Both the position numbers and the translations under genes were made by a program. Below are positions 1-6,354 of a stretch of DNA of 26,239 bases, piece by piece. Source of the DNA: a virus (Duplodnaviria > Caudoviricetes); the IMG/VR virus record IMGVR_UViG_3300032239_000633, positions 1 to 26,239 of that record; one strand, written 5' to 3'. A model generated the notes under the pieces. That model was not told the origin of the DNA, did not search any database, and was given only the letters and a program-made list of their open reading frames with translations. Each line of letters begins with the position of its first letter. Position 1 is the first letter of the stretch.

Positions 1-516
1 CAGATTACTTATTATCATAATCGGATGGATAAGTTTGATCATTGTTCTGATGAAAGTCAAGTTCCTGGATCTTTAGCAAGATATAATATTCCAACTTATA
101 GAGAACTTCACTTTCTGGTAAAGAAAAAAATAGAAACTATTTTAGAAATGGATCTACATCCAACTTATTTCTATGATAGGTTTTATTTTCCAGGGCAAGA
201 ACTCACAAAGCATACAGATCGCCCTGCTTGTGAAATTAGTGTAACCTTACAGATCAATTCAAATACAAAAAAATCTTGGCCGATTTGGTTTGAAACTCCT
301 GATGAAAGAGAAGTTTCTGTAAGTATGAAGAATGGTGATGTCTGCATTTATAAAGGGTGTGAACGTCCTCACTGGAGAGAACCATTAAAATCAAATTATA
401 ATCCACTTCAAAAAATCTTTAAAAAAGATGATACTTATCATCATCAAATCTTTTTACATTATGTAAATGCGAATGGTCCTTACGTCCATTGTGCCTTCGA
501 TGCTTCAAGACCATGA
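1..516 (+). CDS. 2OG-Fe(II) oxygenase superfamily protein (probably 5'-truncated by window edge)
   Basis: HTD (HxD) in LTKHTDRPACEISVTL, distal His in CERPHWREP, and QIFLHYV. The frame is open from base 1 to the ATG at 25, so the true start may lie upstream. Confidence 0.8.
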   Translation, partial: QITYYHNRMDKFDHCSDESQVPGSLARYNIPTYRELHFLVKKKIETILEMDLHPTYFYDRFYFPGQELTKHTDRPACEISVTLQINSNTKKSWPIWFETPDEREVSVSMKNGDVCIYKGCERPHWREPLKSNYNPLQKIFKKDDTYHHQIFLHYVNANGPYVHCAFDASRP

Positions 517-529
517 GCATTCATACCTA

Positions 530-558
530 TTGACTTGTATTGCAGAATACCTTATAAT
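530..558 (+). promoter_or_regulatory. sigma70-type promoter for psbA
   Basis: TTGACT (530-535), 17-nt spacer, TATAAT (553-558). Overlapped by late-promoter-like AATAAATA (556-563). Confidence 0.75.
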
Positions 559-597
559 AAATAAGTCAGGAAATCAAAACATTTCTTAATCTTCTGT

Positions 598-660
598 AAC
601 CGAGACCATCAGAAGTAAAGTGTCTCTCATACCCACACTGGAGGGTGGTGTGGGGTATAC
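598..660 (+). ncRNA. Structured psbA 5' leader, PhotoRC-II-like cis element
   Basis: Two hairpins in the psbA 5' UTR: GAGAC 602-606/GTCTC 622-626 and ATACCCACAC 629-638/GTGTGGGGTAT 648-658. The position matches the PhotoRC-II motif known upstream of cyanophage psbA; family assignment is from memory. Confidence 0.55.
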
Positions 661-706
661 TGTAACCGTTCAATTCCCCTTGAACTAATACTTACCCTTT
701 TAACAA

Positions 707-1708
707 ATGACTGCTTCAATTGCTACACGCTCCAATAGTAACCTCTGGGAACAATTCTGTTCTTGGGTTACTTCCACAAACAACCGTCTTTATGTTGGTT
801 GGTTTGGTGTTCTGATGATTCCAACGTTGCTTGCGGCAACGACTTGTTTCATCATCGCATTCATCGGTGCTCCCCCTGTTGACATCGACGGAATTCGTGA
901 ACCAGTTGCTGGTTCTCTGATGTATGGAAACAACATCATCTCTGGTGCCGTTGTTCCTTCTTCTAATGCCATTGGTCTTCACTTCTATCCTATCTGGGAA
1001 GCTGCTTCACTTGATGAGTGGCTCTATAATGGTGGACCTTTCCAATTGGTGATTTTCCACTTCCTTATCGGTATCTTCTCTTATATGGGTCGTGAATGGG
1101 AACTCTCCTACCGTCTAGGTATGCGTCCTTGGATTATGGTTGCTTACTCCGCACCTGTTGCTGCTGCGACTGCCGTATTCCTGGTGTATCCTTTCGGTCA
1201 AGGTTCTTTCTCTGATGCTATGCCACTTGGTATTTCTGGAACTTTCAACTATATGCTTGTGTTCCAGGCAGAACATAACATCCTGATGCACCCCTTCCAT
1301 ATGCTTGGAGTTGCTGGTGTCTTCGGTGGTTCATTGTTCTCTGCGATGCACGGTTCTTTGGTAACTTCTTCTTTGGTTCGTGAAACCACCGAGAACGAGT
1401 CACAGAACTATGGTTACAAGTTCGGTCAAGAAGAAGAGACTTATAACATCGTTGCTGCTCACGGTTATTTCGGACGCCTTATCTTCCAATATGCGTCATT
1501 TAATAACTCCCGTTCGTTGCACTTCTTCCTGGCTAGCTGGCCTGTTGTAGGCATCTGGTTTGCTGCTCTCGGTGTTTCCACGATGGCATTCAACCTCAAC
1601 GGATTTAATTTCAACCAGTCCCTGCTTGATAGTCAGAACCGAGTAATTCCTACTTGGGCGGACATTTTGAACAAAGCTGGTCTCGGATTTGAGGTAATGC
1701 ACGAGCGT
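707..1708 (+). CDS. psbA: Photosystem II D1 protein, exon 1 (codons 1-334)
   Basis: Unmistakable D1 sequence ([39 protein letters not shown]). Similarity stops abruptly after R334; the ORF-track extension to 1795 is read-through into the intron. Confidence 0.98.
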
Positions 1709-1915
1709 TTTGTGAACGCATGGCGCTCGTTAAATCGGATGAATTGCTGGAACTCTCTTGTAGACAATCAGCAGCCAAGCCTTGCAAGCGTGTAAGGAAG
1801 GTTCAGAGACTAGGCGGTGGATGACGCTTCATCCGTAATACGCCACTAGCGTCCGACACTCTTATGAGTGATGATATAGTCCGCTCCCTCTGGCGACAGA
1901 GGTTAAAACAGAAGG
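1709..1915 (+). mobile_element. Group I self-splicing intron (207 nt, no internal ORF)
   Basis: Exon ends in U(1708) and intron ends in G(1915). P1 is ACGAGCGU/GCGCUCGU (1723-1730) with a U.G pair at the splice site. P3 1735-1741/1850-1856; P4 UGCUG 1745-1749/CAGCA 1769-1773; P7 GACUA 1808-1812/UAGUC 1877-1881; P8 1857-1870; P9 CCUCUG-GCGA-CAGAGG 1887-1902. Removal restores HER|NAH. Confidence 0.95.
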
Positions 1916-1993
1916 AATGCTCACAACTTCCCACTTGATCTTGCTGCTGCTCAAACAACTTCGGTTGCCTTGACTGCTCCAACCATCGGGTGA
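1916..1993 (+). CDS. psbA: Photosystem II D1 protein, exon 2 (codons 335-359)
   Basis: Translates NAHNFPLDLAAAQTTSVALTAPTIG*, the canonical D1 C-terminus with H337, D342, A344 and a 15-aa extension. Confidence 0.97.
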   Translation, partial: NAHNFPLDLAAAQTTSVALTAPTIG

Positions 1994-2004
1994 TATAATA
2001 AATG

Positions 2005-2029
2005 GGAACTCTTCGGAGTTCCTTTTTTT
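2005..2029 (+). terminator. Intrinsic terminator after psbA
   Basis: GGAACTC-TTCG-GAGTTCC stem with a cUUCGg tetraloop, followed by a T7 run. Confidence 0.9.
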
Positions 2030-2036
2030 ATAAATA
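2029..2036 (+). promoter_or_regulatory. T4-type late promoter for the homing endonuclease gene
   Basis: Exact TATAAATA starting in the terminator T-tract, 25 nt before the ATG at 2062. Confidence 0.75.
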
Positions 2037-2061
2037 ATTATGCACGAAAGAAAACACGAGA

Positions 2062-2490
2062 ATGACTAAACTTTACTCCGACCTCTATAAAACTTGTATG
2101 ACCTGTGGTAAGGAAAAACTTGCTACGGATTTTTATGTAAGAAATAAGGTGTCTATGGTTAGGCATTCTGCTTGTAAAGAATGTGATAAAGAGAGGGTAA
2201 AAAGGAGGCACGAAGAAAATCCAAATCGCACAAGAAATAATGACTTAAAAAGAAACTATGGTATAACTCTTCAAGAACATCAAGAGATGTTTGAAAAACA
2301 AAAAGGTGTTTGTGCTGTTTGTGAAAAACCTGGAGATGGAAAGTGGAAGAAACTATGTGTAGACCACGACCATAAGACTGGGAAAGTCCGTCAGTTGCTT
2401 TGTAGAAACTGCAATATGGTATTAGGTCAAGTTGATGATAGTATAAATCATTTAGGAAAACTTGCGGCATATTTACAAAAACACCAATGA
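2062..2490 (+). CDS. Free-standing Endonuclease VII-family homing endonuclease (F-CphI-like)
   Basis: N-terminal CxxC...CxxC; C-terminal YGITL...CAVC...LCVDHDHKTGKVRQLLCRNCN (DHD-H/N Endo VII signature). Lies directly downstream of intron-containing psbA, as F-CphI does in phage S-PM2. Confidence 0.85.
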   Translation: MTKLYSDLYKTCMTCGKEKLATDFYVRNKVSMVRHSACKECDKERVKRRHEENPNRTRNNDLKRNYGITLQEHQEMFEKQKGVCAVCEKPGDGKWKKLCVDHDHKTGKVRQLLCRNCNMVLGQVDDSINHLGKLAAYLQKHQ

Positions 2491-2570
2491 CCTTCCTCTA
2501 CATCCTCCTGTTCTTCCAGTTCTTCGGAGTGTTCCTCTTTCTAATGTCTATCACACAAGAACTTAAATAA
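2487..2570 (+). CDS. Small hydrophobic single-TM peptide (27 aa), not in ORF track
   Basis: ATGA start/stop overlap with the upstream gene; MTFLYILLFFQFFGVFLFLMSITQELK*. Confidence 0.5.
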   Translation: MTFLYILLFFQFFGVFLFLMSITQELK

Positions 2571-2593
2571 ATATCAATAAGTCGCAAGCACTT

Positions 2594-2965
2594 ATGGTTC
2601 CCTTACATTCACCTAAGGACTATTTGTTTAATCTTCATACATCATCTAAAAGTGAAGCAAAACGATTGTGGAGGCAGAATATAAAGGATGCATGGAATCA
2701 GGAATGTGCTTATTGTGGATCAGATCAAAACATTACGTTAGACCACATCATACCCCAGTGTAAGGGCGGTCTAGATATCAAAACGAATGTAGTTGCCTGT
2801 TGCCATTCGTGTAATCAATCTAAGGGGCATGAGTATTGGAAGTTGTGGTATGTCCAACAAGACTTCTATAATGAAGATATAATGAATAAAATAGAAGACT
2901 GGATGAAACCACCAAAACCTACAAATCTTTATAGTTATCGTCCAAGAAGAAATAATGCACTATGA
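2594..2965 (+). CDS. HNH endonuclease
   Basis: CAYCG...TLDHIIPQCKGG...NVVACCHSCNQSKG, a McrA/HNH-type motif. Preceded by AATAAATA (2566-2573). Confidence 0.9.
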   Translation: MVPLHSPKDYLFNLHTSSKSEAKRLWRQNIKDAWNQECAYCGSDQNITLDHIIPQCKGGLDIKTNVVACCHSCNQSKGHEYWKLWYVQQDFYNEDIMNKIEDWMKPPKPTNLYSYRPRRNNAL

Positions 2966-3090
2966 TATCCTCAACAACTCCATATAAACTCGCAGAGATT
3001 ATTAGGGATACCTGGCCTCAACTTTACAGACCGATGAAAATGCCTTATAATACTGAAAGAACTCAAGAACAAAATGATAGAAAGGATTAA
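2962..3090 (+). CDS. Small hypothetical protein (42 aa), not in ORF track
   Basis: ATGA overlap with the HNH stop; MISSTTPYKLAEIIRDTWPQLYRPMKMPYNTERTQEQNDRKD*. Fills the gap between two genes. Confidence 0.55.
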   Translation: MISSTTPYKLAEIIRDTWPQLYRPMKMPYNTERTQEQNDRKD

Positions 3091-3307
3091 TGAACTCATC
3101 GCAGAACTTGGATGGGAACCAACGGATGAAATCGTAGTTCAGGTTGGTGGTGTTGCCGTCACAGGAACTCAGACAGTCTCAACATCAAATCCAAAGTGGT
3201 CTAAACCTTACGGTAGTGTAACCTATCAGAATGATGCCTTTATTGTCATCAAAAATGTCAATCGCAATCCCGTAGTCCCTTCGCAACCCAAGAATGAAGA
3301 GGTATAA
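3074..3307 (+). CDS. Hypothetical phage protein
   Basis: 77-aa ORF in a tightly overlapping run of genes. Confidence 0.7.
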   Translation: MIERINELIAELGWEPTDEIVVQVGGVAVTGTQTVSTSNPKWSKPYGSVTYQNDAFIVIKNVNRNPVVPSQPKNEEV

Positions 3308-3593
3308 TACTGAAGATTATTTTTCTGTTATTGAGACTAGGACGGGTAGAAAGATTGTAGATTGTGGTGAGGAACAAGATGCATTGGCAATGATTGCTTT
3401 TGATCCTGCCAATCGTACCTATACCAGAAATAAGTTTCTAATGGGTAATGTGATTGATATTGAAATGCCGAAAGCACTTCCAACTACAAATATTGCTGTG
3501 TCTAATAACCGAGAGTATGAATATGCTCCTCGTCAGGAACAACTTCCACAAATTAAACTACCAGACAGACAGCAAGAACCTTTTAGACCTTAG
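3294..3593 (+). CDS. Hypothetical phage protein
   Basis: 99-aa ORF overlapping the upstream gene, with codon usage like its neighbours. Confidence 0.7.
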   Translation: MKRYNTEDYFSVIETRTGRKIVDCGEEQDALAMIAFDPANRTYTRNKFLMGNVIDIEMPKALPTTNIAVSNNREYEYAPRQEQLPQIKLPDRQQEPFRP

Positions 3594-3608
3594 CAGTAGA
3601 GAATCAAA

Positions 3609-3809
3609 ATGACTGAACGAGCACAAAAAATAATGGATTCTATTTGGGAATCTAGAAATCAAGGAGCAGATACTGAGAATAAATTAGTTGCATCTATTTT
3701 GCGGATTGTATCTGAAAATGTGATTGATTATACTGCACAGAATGGTGGTTTGATTGTATTGGATAAGAATGATATGGTAAATCTTGCAGGTGAAATTGAG
3801 GCACTATGA
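3609..3809 (+). CDS. Hypothetical phage protein
   Basis: 66-aa ORF; its stop overlaps the next start (ATGA). Confidence 0.7.
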   Translation: MTERAQKIMDSIWESRNQGADTENKLVASILRIVSENVIDYTAQNGGLIVLDKNDMVNLAGEIEAL

Positions 3810-4510
3810 CTTACGATACTGTTTTCATTTCTGATGTTCACTTGGGCACTGATAGATGTAATACTGAAAAGTTCTTGAAGTTTCTAAAAGAAATCAAAAC
3901 CAAAAAACTTGTAATGGTTGGTGATATTTTAGACATTCATTGTATGGAAAAGTACCATACAAGATGGAAGAAGGAACATACAGAATGTGTTCACGCAATT
4001 TTGAACTTGTGCAAAAAAGGCACAGAGGTTGTCTATATTCTTGGTAATCACGAAGCAATGTTGAGAAGATATTGCGACTTTGAGCACAAGAATCTTCTGA
4101 TTTGTAATGAATACGTTCATAAAGATTCCAAAGGAAATAAGTTCTTATGTGTTCACGGAGATAAGTATTCTGAATATTCTTCGGGTTCTTGGAAGCAACT
4201 TATCTTTAATTGGGGGTATGAGTTCGTCACACCTTTGAGTATCTCGTTAAATAGATTTTTTAGATTTTCTTTGGTTCATTACTTAAAGAATACCGTAAAA
4301 GGTAAAGAGTATATTGATAAGTATGAGAATGATATTATTGGATATTGTATTCAGCAAGATAAGAAGTATGCTGGAATTATCTGTGGGCATATTCATTCAG
4401 GCAACATTCGTCAGTTTGGTAAGGTGATGTATATGTGCTGTGGTGATTGGTGTGACCAGTGTACTGCAATTGTGGAGAAGAATGGAGTTTATTGTTTGGA
4501 GAAATATTGA
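3806..4510 (+). CDS. Calcineurin-like metallophosphoesterase, LpxH/UDP-2,3-diacylglucosamine hydrolase-like
   Basis: All five motifs are present: SDVHLG, GDILD, GNHE, HGD, GHIH. Confidence 0.85.
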   Translation: MTYDTVFISDVHLGTDRCNTEKFLKFLKEIKTKKLVMVGDILDIHCMEKYHTRWKKEHTECVHAILNLCKKGTEVVYILGNHEAMLRRYCDFEHKNLLICNEYVHKDSKGNKFLCVHGDKYSEYSSGSWKQLIFNWGYEFVTPLSISLNRFFRFSLVHYLKNTVKGKEYIDKYENDIIGYCIQQDKKYAGIICGHIHSGNIRQFGKVMYMCCGDWCDQCTAIVEKNGVYCLEKY

Positions 4511-4735
4511 ATGAATCCTCGTAAATATAAACAAGCAGAAAATCAAAAAAATAAAAGACATAAAGAAGTGTTTACTCCAGATGGGTATCTTAACGACCCT
4601 CCAGGATCTAAGTGTCCTTATTGTGGCGAAGAACATAAAGTTTGTTCTTACATGGATAGTCTTTCCCGTTCCTGGGGAAGGCAGGCTTGCGCTTATAAAC
4701 ATAAGAATAAAAAGAAAGAAGATGAAAAAGGATGA
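4511..4735 (+). CDS. Small basic hypothetical protein with putative Zn-binding motif
   Basis: CPYCGEEHKVC...C; abuts the upstream stop and overlaps the downstream start. Confidence 0.6.
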   Translation: MNPRKYKQAENQKNKRHKEVFTPDGYLNDPPGSKCPYCGEEHKVCSYMDSLSRSWGRQACAYKHKNKKKEDEKG

Positions 4736-5381
4736 CAGTAACAATTATGATTCATTACTCGCAAAAACAGATCTTAAAATTTTAAGTTCTGATATTAGTG
4801 ATGATTTCATAGGCGTTTTTGATACCAATTATGATGGAACAGAATTGGTTCATTTATTTGAAAATCTAAAAAAATCAAATATAGCATTTTCTAGAAATTC
4901 AAAAACACTTGATAAACCATTCTTGAATCTTGAGGATGAAGTGATATGGATGGCAGTGAATCATGAAAAGGAAGATTCCTTTGATATGTCACTATCAATG
5001 AAAGTGATGGGGAAATATAATGAATTGACTGCACTATGTTATAATGAGTATGTAAAAAAATTTGGATATCTTCATCATATTCAAGGTCATCAATATACTG
5101 TCAATCTTCAAAGAACTCAACCAGGTCAGGGGTATCACGTTTGGCACTCTGAAGTTGAAGCACTGCAATATACGACTCGTTACCTAGCAACAATGGTTTA
5201 TTTGAATACTGTAGTCGAAGGTGGAGAAACAGAATTCAAATATCAGCATCGTAGAGTTCAACCAAAGAATGGAAGAGTTGTAATTTGGCCTTCTCAGTGG
5301 ACTCACGTACATAGAGGAAATCCCCCATTAAAGGGTAATAAGTATATTGCTACAAGTTGGATTCACTATACAAGCATTTAA
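4722..5381 (+). CDS. 2OG-Fe(II) oxygenase (prolyl-4-hydroxylase-like)
   Basis: GYHVWHSE (HxE), MVYLN..EGGETEF, THVHRGNPP..KYIATSW. ATG 4722 is preferred over 4581, which would overlap the previous gene extensively. Confidence 0.88.
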   Translation: MKKDDSNNYDSLLAKTDLKILSSDISDDFIGVFDTNYDGTELVHLFENLKKSNIAFSRNSKTLDKPFLNLEDEVIWMAVNHEKEDSFDMSLSMKVMGKYNELTALCYNEYVKKFGYLHHIQGHQYTVNLQRTQPGQGYHVWHSEVEALQYTTRYLATMVYLNTVVEGGETEFKYQHRRVQPKNGRVVIWPSQWTHVHRGNPPLKGNKYIATSWIHYTSI

Positions 5382-5412
5382 TAAATATGCCCGTTATTAA
5401 ATTAGATAAATA
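5380..5412 (+). promoter_or_regulatory. Tandem late promoters at the head of the structural module
   Basis: AATAAATA (5380-5387) and GATAAATA (5405-5412) in an AT-rich intergenic region. Confidence 0.6.
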
Positions 5413-5438
5413 ATTAAAATTCATTTTAAATTGAATTA

Positions 5439-5978
5439 ATGGCGACCATCTTCAAGCCAAAAAGAAGTAGTAATGTTGGTAATATTCCAACAGTCGCTCA
5501 ACTGGCTGATGGTGAAATTGCTGTAAATATACCCGATCAATTAATTTATATTCGTGACGGCAGTGATATTAAAATCATCGCCCAGGCACCAACGGGTAAC
5601 ACTGCAAAGTGGATTAATATTAATCATTTGACTGGTGGTGGAGGTGGAGCTACTGTTGGTGTTATCGCTCAAAGAAGATATTATGTAGATTGTAGAACTG
5701 AAGGTGTAAACCTTATTCTTCCATCTACTGCTTTATCTGTTGGCGATAGCGTTGAAGTTGCTGATCCATATTATTCTTGGGGAATAAATCGAGTTAGAGT
5801 TGATGTTTCTGCATCTCCAGCATATGCCTCTAGTTCTGGAACTAGTGGAACTTTGAGTGGAGATAATCCATTTAAAGACCAACTCGGAAATCTTGTAGAT
5901 GGGCCACTATTTTTGGATATCTCAGGTGCGAGGGTTTCATTTATGTGGACTGGAATTCATTGGGGGATAGTAGCATAA
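5439..5978 (+). CDS. Putative tail-fibre connector/virion protein
   Basis: N-terminus KRSSNVGNIPTVAQLADGEIAVNIPD resembles the T4 gp37 N-terminal motif (KRS..P....L.EGELAIN..D). C-terminal YYVD...LP....VGD.V.V.D...W domain is typical of T4-like fibre/baseplate proteins. Confidence 0.65.
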   Translation: MATIFKPKRSSNVGNIPTVAQLADGEIAVNIPDQLIYIRDGSDIKIIAQAPTGNTAKWININHLTGGGGGATVGVIAQRRYYVDCRTEGVNLILPSTALSVGDSVEVADPYYSWGINRVRVDVSASPAYASSSGTSGTLSGDNPFKDQLGNLVDGPLFLDISGARVSFMWTGIHWGIVA

Positions 5979-5979
5979 A

Positions 5980-6345
5980 ATGGCAATCACGCTCAGCGGG
6001 GCAGTTATCGGCCCATATTCAGATTCTAATGGATATTATGTTTACGCTTTAAGGCGTGATGAAAATCATATGCTGTATGTTACTAAAGTAAGTGCAGCAT
6101 CGACAACTGATACTGCGATTGATATAAATTATCGAAAGGACGGAAGTCAAATCTCTGAAGTTGCGGACTACCAAGATTATGTTGTAGAAACAACAGAGCA
6201 AAAATCTTTAACAAATCATCCGCAAGATAAATACCAACAGATAAGATTTGATAGAAGGAATGTGAACTATTTTATTGATGATGATGGATATCTCGTTCTC
6301 CAATTGAACGGAACCTACGATTACACCACCATAGGACCAAGATAG
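5980..6345 (+). CDS. Hypothetical, probably virion-associated protein
   Basis: 121-aa ORF between structural genes with 1-nt and 9-nt spacers. Confidence 0.7.
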   Translation: MAITLSGAVIGPYSDSNGYYVYALRRDENHMLYVTKVSAASTTDTAIDINYRKDGSQISEVADYQDYVVETTEQKSLTNHPQDKYQQIRFDRRNVNYFIDDDGYLVLQLNGTYDYTTIGPR

Positions 6346-6354
6346 GAATAAACA

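Noticed and set aside
716-1702. Minus-strand ORFs inside psbA, and similar shadow ORFs within other long genes
   Set aside because: Antisense or alternate-frame artefacts of codon bias, with no motifs or RBS.
1709-1795. Novel D1 C-terminus or psbA pseudogene suggested by the ORF track
   Set aside because: Explained by the group I intron; the true C-terminus is at 1916-1993.
4581-4721. N-terminal extension of the 2OG oxygenase
   Set aside because: Overlaps the 4511-4735 gene in another frame; ATG 4722 is more plausible.
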